A stretch of DNA of 64,000 bases from Candidatus Multivoradales bacterium (GCA_965223155.1 CBDCVR010000015.1:128001-192000), one strand, 5' to 3'; positions 1-9,835 are shown, counted from the first letter of the stretch. Notes: generated by a model not told the origin, from the letters alone. Translations and numbers: made by a program.

Positions 1-125
1 TCTTGCTAGCCGTTTGCCCGGGCCGCCGGAAGCACCGCGCCCCGGCGCCGCGGCCCGCGGCTCGAAGCGGGTGCAAGAAGCCTCAGCCTAGTACCCCCTG
101 CGCTGGCGCACGCCTCGGGAGCACG

Positions 126-338
126 CTACCGCTCGATGTCGATCGTCTCGGCCTGCTCCTCCGGCTCCTGCAAGATGACCACCGTCTCTCCGATGGGCAG
201 CAGGACCCGGTGCCTCTTGTCTCCAAACTTGAGACGCACCTCGAAGTAGCCAATGTCCGAGATCGCCAGGAGCGTGCCCCGGCTTCCCTTGATGCCGAGC
301 AGCTCGTTGTGAATGAGAACCTTCGCCGGTAGTTCCAT
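126..338 (-). CDS. small hypothetical protein (70 aa)
   Basis: ATG start with upstream AGGAAAGGAA SD-like tract, normal amino-acid composition unlike the Arg/Pro-rich shadow ORFs, and position directly downstream of the NtrC-like gene on the same strand. Confidence 0.7.
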   Translation of the reverse strand: MELPAKVLIHNELLGIKGSRGTLLAISDIGYFEVRLKFGDKRHRVLLPIGETVVILQEPEEQAETIDIER

Positions 339-385
339 GGAGTTCCTTTCCTGTGGGATCGCCCTTGCTTCGAGCGCTTGCTGCC

Positions 386-1879
386 CTAGGGTCGGGGGAC
401 GCTAGCCGTGTCGCCCCCCGAGTCCGAGGCTTTCTTCGAGCCCTCGGACGGATTCTTGCCGCCGCTGCCGGAGCCGCCGGACGCCGCCCGGCCCGCCGGC
501 ACCGAGCCCTCGGTCCGATACTCCTTGAGCTTGCGCTGCAGGGTTCGTAGCCCGATCTTCAAGATCTTGGCCGCCTCGGCCCGCTTGCCGCCGGTCAGCT
601 CCAGGGTCTCTAGGATGGCCCGCTTCTCGATCTCGGCCATGGTCATCGGCGATCCTTCCTGGATCTGGACCCCGGGCGAACGCGAGGAGCCGGCCGCCGA
701 GCCGCGCAGATGGTCGGGCAAGTCGGCAGCGGTGATCTCCTCGCCGCCGTGGAAGATGACCAGCGACTCGATTGCGTTCTTCAACTCACGCACGTTGCCC
801 GGCCAGGCGTAGGCCGCCAGGCATTCGACCGCGTCCCGGGACAAACGCTTCGGCTCGCGGTCGTGCTCGGCGCAGAAGCGCTCCAGAAAGGCCTCGCCGA
901 GCAGCACCAGATCGTCCTCCCGGTCCCGCAAGGGCGGAACGTCAAGGGTGACCACCTTGAGGCGGTAGTAGAGATCCTCCCGAAACGCGCCCTCTTCGAC
1001 CGCCCGTTCCAGGTCCTTGTTGGTCGCCGCCAGCAGGCGAAAATCGACTTCGATGAGCTCGCTGCCCCCGACTCGCATCACCGCCCGCTCCTCAAGAACA
1101 CGCAGCAGCTTGACCTGGAGCTCCGGATAGAGCTCGCTGATCTCGTCCAGGAACAAGGTCCCCTGGTGAGCTAGCTCGAACTTGCCGGTCTTGCGCGACA
1201 CGGCTCCCGTAAAGGCGCCCTTCTCGTGTCCGAAGAGCTCGCTTTCCAGAATGTCGGACGGGATAGCGCCGCAGTTGATCGCCAGGAAGCGCTCCTGGCT
1301 GCGCGGGCTCGCCTGGTGCAAGGCGTTGGCCACCAGCTCCTTGCCGGTACCGCTCTCACCCACGATCAGCACCGACGAGCGGGTCGGCGCCACCAGGCGC
1401 ATCTGGTCGAACAGCCGTTCCATGGGCTCGGACTTGCCGAGGATGCTCTCGAAGCCGTAGCGCTTATCGAGCCGCTCCCGCAACGAGGAGACCTCCTCCT
1501 TGAGCTCCTTGTTCTCGAGCAGGTTGGTGACCCGCTGGCGCAGCTCGTAGAGATCGACCGGCTTGGTCAGGTAATCGTCGGCCCCCACCCGCATCGCCTC
1601 GACCGCCGACTCGATCGATCCGTACCCGGTCACCAGGATCACCCGCAGGTCCAGAGCCTGCTCGCGGACCGCCGCCAGAAAGCCCAGGCCGTCCATTCCG
1701 GGCATGCGCAGATCGCAGACGGCAAGCGTGACGCTGGCAGTCTCGGTGGCGAACTCGAGAGCCTTGGCCGCGTCATCGAAGGTCGCGACCGTCCAGCCGG
1801 CCTTCTCCAGAGCGATCGCCATCGACTCCCGGGACCCGGTCTCGTCGTCGATCACGATCACCGTCGGCGTCTTGGCCAT
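386..1879 (-). CDS. sigma-54-dependent response regulator (NtrC/AtoC family)
   Basis: Receiver domain (IVIDDE...CDLRMPGMDG...KP), AAA+ domain with GESGTGKE, ESELFGHEKGAFTGA and WPGNVREL, and C-terminal Fis-type HTH. Start moved to the ATG at 1879 (MAKTPT). Confidence 0.95.
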   Translation of the reverse strand: MAKTPTVIVIDDETGSRESMAIALEKAGWTVATFDDAAKALEFATETASVTLAVCDLRMPGMDGLGFLAAVREQALDLRVILVTGYGSIESAVEAMRVGADDYLTKPVDLYELRQRVTNLLENKELKEEVSSLRERLDKRYGFESILGKSEPMERLFDQMRLVAPTRSSVLIVGESGTGKELVANALHQASPRSQERFLAINCGAIPSDILESELFGHEKGAFTGAVSRKTGKFELAHQGTLFLDEISELYPELQVKLLRVLEERAVMRVGGSELIEVDFRLLAATNKDLERAVEEGAFREDLYYRLKVVTLDVPPLRDREDDLVLLGEAFLERFCAEHDREPKRLSRDAVECLAAYAWPGNVRELKNAIESLVIFHGGEEITAADLPDHLRGSAAGSSRSPGVQIQEGSPMTMAEIEKRAILETLELTGGKRAEAAKILKIGLRTLQRKLKEYRTEGSVPAGRAASGGSGSGGKNPSEGSKKASDSGGDTASVPRP

Positions 1880-1983
1880 AGGGCGAGAATTGTCGCACAG
1901 AGACCCTGCCCGGTCGAAGCCGGCGGCGGCGAAGCGATCGCGTAGACTTCCGGAGCCGCCCGCCCGCGGGCGGCGAGGAAACC

Positions 1984-4218
1984 ATGCCCGAGCGGCCCTC
2001 AGCACCGAACTCCGCGGCCGACGTCCAGATCGAGGGCCTGGTCGAACGCGTCGTCTTCCAGAACCCGGACAACGGCTGGACGGTGCTGCGCCTGCGCGGC
2101 GACGACGGCGAGCCCGCGACCGCCGTTGGCGAGCTGCCCGGGGTGCGGGCCGGTGAGCGCCTGGCGCTCAAGGGCCGCTGGCGGAACGATCCCAAGTACG
2201 GGCGCCAGCTCAGGGTCGTCACCTTCCTCCCAGTCGAGCCCAAGAGCCGCAAGGGACTGGAAATCTACCTGGGCAGCGGCGTGCTGCCCGGCATCGGCCC
2301 TGCCACGGCGGCGAAGATCGTCAAGCGCTTCGGCGCCGAGACCCTCGAGATCCTGGACCGCGACCCCGGGCGCCTGCGCGAGATACGAGGCATCGGACGG
2401 GTCAAACTAGGCCGAATCGAAGCCGCCTGGGACCAGCAAAAAGCCTCCCGCGAAGGGCTGATCTTCCTCCAGGAGCGCGGCCTGTCCGCGGCCCTGGCGG
2501 CCCGCATCGTGCGCAAGTACGGTGATCGGACGATCGCCATCGCCAAGAACGAACCGTACCGGCTCGCCGACGACTTTCGAGGTATCGGCTTCCAGCAAGC
2601 CGACCGATTCGCCCGCGAGCTGGGCTTCGGCGTCGAGGACGCCGGCAGGATCCGAGCCGGTCTCGTTTACTCTCTGACCGCCGCTGCCAGCAGCGGGCAT
2701 ACCTTCCAGCCGCTCGCCGATCTTCAGCGGGAAACAGCCTCGCTGCTCGGTCTCGATTCCGACCTCCTGGCGCCGGGTCTCGAGCTCGCGCGCCGAAGCG
2801 GAACCGTCACCATCGGAGAGCGCGGCGGTGAGGAGACGGTGGCGCTTTCCGCACTGGCGCGGGCCGAGCGGGCGCTGGCGCGGCGCACTGCGGCCATCGC
2901 CTCGACCCCGGCCGAAGCCGTCGTCGACGATCTCGACGCCGCATTGGCTTGGTGGCGAAAGAAACGCGGAGGGCTGGAGCTGGCTTCGGCGCAGCGCCAG
3001 GCCGTCGGGGCCGCGTTGAGCCGCAAGGTCGTGGTTCTAACCGGTGGACCGGGAACCGGCAAGACGACCCTCCTGGGCGCGGTGCTCGACATCTTACGAG
3101 CGAAGAAACGGCAGGTGGCCCTCGCCGCGCCCACCGGACGAGCGGCCAATCGCCTGTCGGAGACCACCGGAACCGAGGTCAAGACGGTACATCGCTTGCT
3201 CGAGTTCGATCCTCGGGCCCTCGCCTTCCGCCGGAACCGCCAGCGTCCCCTGGAAGCCGACGTCGTCGTGGTCGACGAGGCCTCCATGCTGGACGTCCAG
3301 CTCAGCCAGGCCCTCCTCGAAGCCGTGCCCGACTCGGCCCGGTTGCTGCTGGTGGGCGACGCCGACCAGCTGCCGTCGGTGGGACCCGGGAAGGTCCTGG
3401 ACGACCTCATCGCCTCGGACACGGTTGCGGTCGTGCGGCTGCGAACGATCTTTCGCCAAGCCGAAGCCAGCAGCATCGTGGTCAACGCCCACCGCATCCG
3501 CGACGGTCGGAAACCGGTTTCCGAAGACCGTCCCGACGCGGACTTCTTCTTCATCCGGCGGGACACCCCGGAGGCCGTCCTGCGCACCCTCACCGATCTG
3601 GTCACCAAGCGGGTACCACGACAGTTCCGGCTGGACCCGAAGCGCGACATCCAGGTGCTGACGCCGATGCGGCGGGGCGAGCTGGGTACCGGCAACCTCA
3701 ACCAGATTCTCCAGGACCTGCTCAATCCGGAAGGCTCGCCGGCCGGGCCGTTTCGCATCGGCGACCGGGTCATGCAAACCCGCAACAACTACGACCTCGA
3801 CGTCTTCAACGGAGACATCGGTACGGTCGCGGGACGGGGCGATGGCGGCAAGGGCGTGACCGTCTCCTTCGACGGCCGCCTCCTGGCCTACGCGCCCGAG
3901 GCCGAGGAGCAGCTCACGCTGGCCTACGCCACCACCGTGCACAAGTCCCAGGGGTCGGAGTATCCCTGTGTCGTCGTCCCCGTGCACATGCAGCACTTCA
4001 TCATGCTGCGCCGCAACCTCCTGTACACGGCGGTTACCCGAGCTCGGCGCCTGGTCCTGCTGGTCGGCCAGCAGCGGGCGCTCGAGGTCGCGGTGTCAAA
4101 CCGGCGCCGTGAGCGCCGGCTGACGGCGCTGGCCGACGAACTCCGCGCGGCCTTTGGCGACAGCCCGCCGATCCCGACGCTCGCGCCCGAAACTACCGAT
4201 CCGGCTCGCCGTCGGTAG
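1984..4218 (+). CDS. recD2: ATP-dependent RecD-like DNA helicase RecD2
   Basis: N-terminal OB-like region, HhH motifs (GIGPATA, GIGRVK), Walker A GGPGTGKT, DEASM, GDADQLPSVG, TVHKSQGSEY and YTAVTRAR helicase motifs. Confidence 0.95.
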   Translation: MPERPSAPNSAADVQIEGLVERVVFQNPDNGWTVLRLRGDDGEPATAVGELPGVRAGERLALKGRWRNDPKYGRQLRVVTFLPVEPKSRKGLEIYLGSGVLPGIGPATAAKIVKRFGAETLEILDRDPGRLREIRGIGRVKLGRIEAAWDQQKASREGLIFLQERGLSAALAARIVRKYGDRTIAIAKNEPYRLADDFRGIGFQQADRFARELGFGVEDAGRIRAGLVYSLTAAASSGHTFQPLADLQRETASLLGLDSDLLAPGLELARRSGTVTIGERGGEETVALSALARAERALARRTAAIASTPAEAVVDDLDAALAWWRKKRGGLELASAQRQAVGAALSRKVVVLTGGPGTGKTTLLGAVLDILRAKKRQVALAAPTGRAANRLSETTGTEVKTVHRLLEFDPRALAFRRNRQRPLEADVVVVDEASMLDVQLSQALLEAVPDSARLLLVGDADQLPSVGPGKVLDDLIASDTVAVVRLRTIFRQAEASSIVVNAHRIRDGRKPVSEDRPDADFFFIRRDTPEAVLRTLTDLVTKRVPRQFRLDPKRDIQVLTPMRRGELGTGNLNQILQDLLNPEGSPAGPFRIGDRVMQTRNNYDLDVFNGDIGTVAGRGDGGKGVTVSFDGRLLAYAPEAEEQLTLAYATTVHKSQGSEYPCVVVPVHMQHFIMLRRNLLYTAVTRARRLVLLVGQQRALEVAVSNRRRERRLTALADELRAAFGDSPPIPTLAPETTDPARRR

Positions 4219-5809
4219 ATTCGGGCTCGATTCCGACATCGAGATCCGGGTCCGCGCTCGGCGGCGTCGACAGGTTGGGCTCGTCGGGCACCGTAGCGCC
4301 CTTCGAGAGATCTCCCTGACCCAAGTCCCACTCGGGACCGCTGGGATCCAGCTCCGGAGGAACCGGTGGACCGCCCGGCGCGGCGCCGGGACCGGACAAG
4401 TCGTCCCAGGTCCCGACCCGGGTCAGGATCGCCGCGCCCAAGCCGACGGTCCAGGCCAGATAGATCACCAGGCACCCGAAGACGCCGAACATGAAGGCGA
4501 ACAGGCGGATCGGACCCGGACCGAAGGACAGGAGCTCGCCCACCAGAGCCCAGATCTCGATGGCCGCCACTCCGACCAGGAGGTTCATGTAGGGGTTGCC
4601 GAAGTCGAAGCCGAAGCGGTCCTCGAGCCAGCCGCCCAGGCGGTAGGCCACCGCGGTGTAGCCGACGAAGGCCACCAGGACGAAGCCCAAGATCGCGAAC
4701 GGGACCAGCAGCAGCAGCGGGATCCCGACGATCGAGATCAGCAGTAGCAAGCACACCAGAACCAGCGCCGGCAGACACAGGATCTGGGTCAGGAGCCCGA
4801 CCAGGCCGGCCTTGAGCGGCTCGGCGCCGGCCTTCCAGGCGATCCGCTCCACAGGATTTCGGGCCACAACCAGAACCAGGCAGGCCAGCAACGCCAGGAA
4901 GAGAACGCCCACGAGGTCCCAACCGGCGTCGAAGAAACCGAACCAGCGCACCCCGTCGTTCCAGTGGCGGACCCGGTGCGCGCCGTCGCTGTCAAAGTCG
5001 AAATCCCAGTTCCAGTCCCAGTCCTTCAGTCCCCGAAAGGCGAAGCTAGGCGAAAAGGGGACTTCCACGACCTCGCCGACGACGTCGACGTCCCCGCTCT
5101 CTTCGATCTGACCGCCCACGCTCACCACGTCACCGAGAATCTGGGCTCCGTCTTCCAGCTCGATCGAGCCGCCCACCACAGCCAGATCGCCGGTTACTTC
5201 ACCGCTGACCTGGGCCGAGCCGCCGATAGCGACGGCGTCGCCCAGGACCTTGCCGTCCACGGTCAGGGTCCCCCCAAAAACCACCACGTCCCGGTACACC
5301 TCGTCCTCTTCGACCTCGAGATCGTTACCCACCACGACCTGGGTGTCGGTGCGGGTCCGCCGACGCTTGCGCCGCTCGCGCGCTCTCTCCTCGCGATCTT
5401 CGCGCCCGATCCGCTCGGAGACGTCCTCGCTGGCGGGCTCTTCCGCGGCGTCGGTGTCGCCAACGGCCATCGTCGCTGAAGCCGATGCCGCCGAGGCGCG
5501 GCTCACATCCAGGACCACTCCGGCGAGTGCCCCCAGGCGCGCCTCGAGCTCGTCTTCGGAGACGGTCACGCCATCGAGGGCGATGCCGGCCCCGGACAGC
5601 TCGATGATACGAATGCCCAAGGACTCGTCAAGCGGCTCGAGCAGCCAACCGTCCTGCAGCGGCAGCAGCCGGAAATGCTGGTTGGCCGCCGCCTCCAACT
5701 CGGCAGTGAGCTCGGTTTGCGCGCTCGCCGCGCCCGCCATCGACAGCAGGACGGCGATCATCACCGCCGGCAGAGCGGCGGACCAGAGATTTTGAATTCC
5801 CCTACGCAT
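4193..5809 (-). CDS. exported/membrane protein with bactofilin-like (polymer-forming) beta-helix repeats and multiple C-terminal TM helices
   Basis: Signal-peptide-like N-terminus (…AGAASA), repeats such as GDAVAIGGSAQVSGEVTGDLAVVGGSIEL, and a hydrophobic C-terminal half. ATG at 5809 overlaps the upstream stop. Confidence 0.75.
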   Translation of the reverse strand: MRRGIQNLWSAALPAVMIAVLLSMAGAASAQTELTAELEAAANQHFRLLPLQDGWLLEPLDESLGIRIIELSGAGIALDGVTVSEDELEARLGALAGVVLDVSRASAASASATMAVGDTDAAEEPASEDVSERIGREDREERARERRKRRRTRTDTQVVVGNDLEVEEDEVYRDVVVFGGTLTVDGKVLGDAVAIGGSAQVSGEVTGDLAVVGGSIELEDGAQILGDVVSVGGQIEESGDVDVVGEVVEVPFSPSFAFRGLKDWDWNWDFDFDSDGAHRVRHWNDGVRWFGFFDAGWDLVGVLFLALLACLVLVVARNPVERIAWKAGAEPLKAGLVGLLTQILCLPALVLVCLLLLISIVGIPLLLLVPFAILGFVLVAFVGYTAVAYRLGGWLEDRFGFDFGNPYMNLLVGVAAIEIWALVGELLSFGPGPIRLFAFMFGVFGCLVIYLAWTVGLGAAILTRVGTWDDLSGPGAAPGGPPVPPELDPSGPEWDLGQGDLSKGATVPDEPNLSTPPSADPDLDVGIEPESTDGEPDR

Positions 5810-6410
5810 GATACGTACTCCTATCCACCATCGGACCGGATGCATACCGGAACGAGGCTAATCCGCAAAACAAAGCCGCCAGAACGACTCCGAGAAGTCC
5901 CGGCGTGGCAATGGCTTCCGTGGCCACCGCGGCCACCCGAGACACGACGTCGGCTAGCGTCAACACGGTCGCGAGGCGCTGCGACATCGCCGCCAGCGCT
6001 CCCGCACCGAGGTCAACGAGCCAGATTCCGGCGGTGTCGGCGCGCAGGAGCGCCGCAGCCAGCGCCACCGCCAGGCCCGACGAGGCCAGCACCAAGCCGG
6101 CGGCGAGGCGGGCTCCGAACCCGCCGAATCCGCCACGTGTCCCGGAACTCCGCGCCGCGGCCGCGGCCAGCGGCTGGACCGGCGCCAGCCCGGAAACCCC
6201 CAGCCGGCGCAAGATTCGAGCACTCAGATCTTTCGAAGGCTCGGGCTGCGGCGCCATGCGGAAGACTCGACGCAAGGCAGCTTCGGCCTGACGCTCCTGA
6301 CCCTTCGACTCATAGGCGAGCCAGCGCACGATGGCGCGATCCACGGCGCTGGCGCCACGGCGCTCGCTCCGACGAACTCGGAGCTTGGAGCTGGATTTGG
6401 GCTTGGTCAC
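5802..6410 (-). CDS. putative membrane anti-sigma factor
   Basis: GTG at 6410 with GGAGG SD, position immediately after the ECF sigma gene, PxPxxDLSARIL motif followed by hydrophobic helices. Confidence 0.6.
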   Translation of the reverse strand: MTKPKSSSKLRVRRSERRGASAVDRAIVRWLAYESKGQERQAEAALRRVFRMAPQPEPSKDLSARILRRLGVSGLAPVQPLAAAAARSSGTRGGFGGFGARLAAGLVLASSGLAVALAAALLRADTAGIWLVDLGAGALAAMSQRLATVLTLADVVSRVAAVATEAIATPGLLGVVLAALFCGLASFRYASGPMVDRSTYHA

Positions 6411-6465
6411 TCGAGATCTCCTCCGCACATTGTGCCTTACGGCCCGGTTCGGGCCAGTGTTTCGC

Positions 6466-7077
6466 TTATCGGAGCCGCTCCATTCCTTTGGCTCCGGGGT
6501 CCCATCCGGCCTCGGAGAGCGCCCTCGCAAGAGCCTTACGAGCCCGGAACAAATGGGTCTTGACCGTGCCCAACGGCAGACCGGAAATCTCGGCGATCTC
6601 CTCGTACGAGCGGCCCTGCTCCAGGCGCAGCATCAGAATCTCGGCGTACTCGGGCCGCAGCGTGCCTAGAGCCGCTTCGAGTGCCCGTCCTAGCTCGCTC
6701 CGGGTGAACCGATCGCCCGGCGAGGTTTCCTCGGAGGTCGCCACCGGATCGAAGCCTGCCGGCACCCCGCCGCTTTCGTCTTCACCGGCGTCGAGCGACA
6801 CGGTCTGAAGCCTCTTGCGCCGGAGGTGATCGATGGTCGTGTTGTGGGCGATGGTAAAGAGCCAGCTCGAGAACTTCCGCTCAAGGTCGAACTGGCCGAG
6901 CGCCCGGAACGCTTTGACGAAGGTCTCCTGGGTCAGGTCTTCGGCCAGGCCCGCGTCCCGCACCATGCGCACGACGATCGAGAACACCGGTCTCTGGTAG
7001 AGCTCGACCAGGTGCCGGTAGCCTTCCTCCGAGCCCTGGAGCGCCAGCCGGATCCAATGCGCGTCTCCGGTCGTCAT
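6466..7077 (-). CDS. ECF RNA polymerase sigma-70 factor (SigW/RpoE-like)
   Basis: Region 2 (AEDLTQETFVKAF, FSSWLFTIAHNTTIDHLR) and region 4 (SYEEIAEISGLPLGTVKTHLFRAR). Confidence 0.95.
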   Translation of the reverse strand: MTTGDAHWIRLALQGSEEGYRHLVELYQRPVFSIVVRMVRDAGLAEDLTQETFVKAFRALGQFDLERKFSSWLFTIAHNTTIDHLRRKRLQTVSLDAGEDESGGVPAGFDPVATSEETSPGDRFTRSELGRALEAALGTLRPEYAEILMLRLEQGRSYEEIAEISGLPLGTVKTHLFRARKALARALSEAGWDPGAKGMERLR

Positions 7078-7185
7078 CTCTCCTCAGCAGCCCTTCTCGC
7101 CTCGGCGCCCCTGGCCGGCGCTCGTCGCCGGCGGCAGGCATCGAACCAGTCCGAACCGCTCCGAGCGCTCCGAGCAGGCCCGACC

Positions 7186-7989
7186 TCACGCCGCTAGCGC
7201 GGCCAGAATCACGAATCCGAGAAGCACACGATACACGACGAAGACCGAGAAATCCCGCTTCCGCACCCAGGCGATGAGCGCCCCCATCGCGGCGTAGGCC
7301 GATACCGCGGCGACCAGAAAGCCAACCGCCATATGCCCCGCCGAAGCCGGATGGGGTCCCGATCCAGCCAGGTCAAAGGCCTGCCGCGCCGCCACCAGGG
7401 TGCTTACCGGCAGCGCCAGGAGGAAGGAAAACCGGGCAGCCGCGGTCCGCTCCAGGCCGAGGGCCAGCCCCGCCGTCATGGTGACGCCGGCGCGGGACGT
7501 CCCGGGCACCAGGGCCAGCGCCTGGGCCGCTCCGATCACGAGTGCGTCGACCGTAGTCAGACTCTCAAGGGAGCGGAAGCGACGCGCCAGCCGGTCGGCG
7601 GCGAAGAGCGCCAGGCCGAGTCCGATCGAAGTCACCGCAATCACCAGCGGCAAGCGCAGGCTGGTCGCCACGAAGTCTCGGCCGAACCAGCCCGCCACCG
7701 CCACCGGGATCGTGGCGACCGCCAGAAGCAAGGCCAGTCGACGGCCCCGGTCGGCGGCCTTGCCGTCCCGCCCAGCCACCAACGAGCGCGCCAACTCGGC
7801 CAGATCGGACCGCAAGTAGGCGACCACGGCCACCATCGAGCCCAGATGGACCGCCATGTCGAATGCCAGGCCCTGGTCCTCCCATCCCAGCCAGTGGGAG
7901 GTCAGAATCAGGTGCGCCGAGGAGCTGATCGGCAAGAATTCGGTCACACCCTGGACGAGCCCCAGGAGCACGGCTTGGAAGTAGGTCAC
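7186..7989 (-). CDS. uppP: undecaprenyl-diphosphate phosphatase
   Basis: GLVQGVTEFLPISSSAHL and PGTSRAG BacA motifs. Start is the GTG at 7989. Confidence 0.95.
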   Translation of the reverse strand: MTYFQAVLLGLVQGVTEFLPISSSAHLILTSHWLGWEDQGLAFDMAVHLGSMVAVVAYLRSDLAELARSLVAGRDGKAADRGRRLALLLAVATIPVAVAGWFGRDFVATSLRLPLVIAVTSIGLGLALFAADRLARRFRSLESLTTVDALVIGAAQALALVPGTSRAGVTMTAGLALGLERTAAARFSFLLALPVSTLVAARQAFDLAGSGPHPASAGHMAVGFLVAAVSAYAAMGALIAWVRKRDFSVFVVYRVLLGFVILAALAA

Positions 7990-8130
7990 GCTGGGGCTCG
8001 GAAGCGGATGGTGAACGCAGAACGAAGCAGAGGTGAAACCGGCCGCGTCACCGCCGATGGCGAGAGCCGGCGCCAGCGCCATTGTACCGCCTACGCTGCC
8101 GCTCCCAGGAAACGGAGGGGGCCCGACTAA

Positions 8131-8174
8131 AGCCCGACCCGAGCCCGACCCGAGCCCGACCCGAGCCCGACCCG
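8131..8174. repeat. perfect 11-bp tandem repeat (AGCCCGACCCG) x4
   Basis: Four exact copies read directly in the uppP/DUF4301 divergent intergenic region, ending 6 bp before TATACT (8181-8186). Confidence 0.95.
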
Positions 8175-8242
8175 AACGGCTATACTCCGGCTCCCTCCGC
8201 GGGGCCGCGGTCGCACCGACCCGACAACGCGTGGACATCTCC

Positions 8243-9835
8243 ATGCCCCAGCTTCCCAACCTGGCCGCCGCCGATCGCGCCGCGCTCGCCAAGCGCGGCA
8301 TCTCCGAGACCGAAGCCCGGCGCCAGCTCGCGCTCCTGGCCGAGCCTCCCGCCCCCCCGACCCTGCTCCGCGCTTGCGGCCTCGGCGACGGCATCCTCCG
8401 TCTCGAAGGCGAACCGCTCGAGTCCGCCGAAGCGGCCTGGCAAGCGTGGCACGAGCGTCCGGAGAGCTCGCTCCTCAAGCTGGTCCCGGCGTCCGGAGCC
8501 GCGACTCGGATGTTCGGCTTCCTGGCTTCGCCGATCACCTCGCTCGCCGGCCGCCCGGCGGCCGACATCGACCGCCTGGCGGCATCGGGCGATGTCAACG
8601 CCACCGCCTTGGCCCGACTGGTGGCGGGACTTCGCCGCCTACCGGTTCGCGCGGAGCTCGAGCGGGTCGCGGCGGCCCGGGGACTGGACTGGGACACGGC
8701 CCTCGAAACCGACCCGACCCAGCTCGTAGTTCTCATCGCGGCCACCAACGGCCTGGATCTTGGTGCCCTGCCCAAGGGTCTGTTGCCGTTTCACGAGTAC
8801 CCCGACGAGATCCGGACGGCATGGGTCGAGCACTGTCACGAGGCGGCCGAGTACGCGGCCGGAAGCGGTCCGTTACGGCTCCACTTGACCGTCGGCGCGG
8901 ACCACCTCAGCCTGTTCGAGGCAGCCCTCGCAGGCCACCAGCCCGAGATCGAACGTGCCACAGGCCGGAAGCTTCAGGTCACGTACTCGCTCCAGGACCC
9001 CGCCACCGACACCCTGGCTCTGGACCGTGACGGCCGGCCACTACGGGACGCGGGCGGGCGGCTGCTCCTGCGGCCGGCCGGCCACGGCGCGTTGATCGCC
9101 AACCTGGCCGCTCTGGACGCGGAGATCGTCTGTATCAAGAACATCGACAACATCGCCCGGCGGAAACGCCACACTTTGACCGGTCTCTGGAAGCGCCGTC
9201 TCGTCGGCCATCTCCTCGTTCTCCGGAACCGCTCGCAGGAGCTGCTCGAGGCCCTGGCAGAGGAGCGAACCGGCGGCCGCGATATCCTGGACCGGGCGGC
9301 CGACTTCCTCGAAACGTCCCTGGCGGTAGGCCTTCCGCAGGGTTTTCGCAACCGCGACTCGGACAGGCGGCGGCGCGAGCTGATCGACCGGCTGGACCGG
9401 CCGCTCCGCGTCTGTGGCGTGGTGCGGAACCAGGGCGAGCCGGGCGGAGGCCCCTTTTGGCTCGGCTCAGAGGAGGGCGTCGCCAGCGGCCAGATCGTCG
9501 AGGCGAGCCAGGTCGACCGAACGGATGCGCGGCAGGACGCGCTCTTCCGGGAGGCGACCCACTTCAATCCGGTCGACGTCGTCTGCTCGCTGAGGCGCCC
9601 GGCGGGCGGGCGCTACGACCTTGAGGCCTACGTCGATCCGCGGACTTCGTTCGTGACCGACAAGCAGCAGGACGGACGCACCGTTCGCGTGCTGGAGCGG
9701 CCCGGCCTCTGGAACGGGGCGATGGCCGGCTGGAACACCGCCTTCGTGGAAGTACCGGCCGAGACCTTCACCCCGGTCAAGACCCTGCTGGACCTTCTGC
9801 GCCCGGGTCACGTGCCCGGCGACGGCTCGGACTAG
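8243..9835 (+). CDS. DUF4301 family protein
   Basis: KLVPASGAATRMF, RPAGHGALI, IKNIDN, CGVVRNQGEPGGGPFW, THFNPVD and LWNGAMAGWNTAFVEVP motifs. Start is the ATG at 8243. Confidence 0.85.
   Translation: MPQLPNLAAADRAALAKRGISETEARRQLALLAEPPAPPTLLRACGLGDGILRLEGEPLESAEAAWQAWHERPESSLLKLVPASGAATRMFGFLASPITSLAGRPAADIDRLAASGDVNATALARLVAGLRRLPVRAELERVAAARGLDWDTALETDPTQLVVLIAATNGLDLGALPKGLLPFHEYPDEIRTAWVEHCHEAAEYAAGSGPLRLHLTVGADHLSLFEAALAGHQPEIERATGRKLQVTYSLQDPATDTLALDRDGRPLRDAGGRLLLRPAGHGALIANLAALDAEIVCIKNIDNIARRKRHTLTGLWKRRLVGHLLVLRNRSQELLEALAEERTGGRDILDRAADFLETSLAVGLPQGFRNRDSDRRRRELIDRLDRPLRVCGVVRNQGEPGGGPFWLGSEEGVASGQIVEASQVDRTDARQDALFREATHFNPVDVVCSLRRPAGGRYDLEAYVDPRTSFVTDKQQDGRTVRVLERPGLWNGAMAGWNTAFVEVPAETFTPVKTLLDLLRPGHVPGDGSD

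Noticed and set aside
1984-4218. RecD2 as a defence or mobile-element helicase
   Set aside because: Ordinary stand-alone RecD2 architecture, with no nuclease, methylase or integrase neighbours and no obvious compositional shift
8131-8174. Tandem repeat as a CRISPR array
   Set aside because: Unit is only 11 bp, there are no spacers and no cas genes
7990-8775. Apparent 260-aa N-terminal extension or fusion on uppP
   Set aside because: Antisense to DUF4301 with Arg/Ser-rich shadow composition. BacA homology starts at 7989
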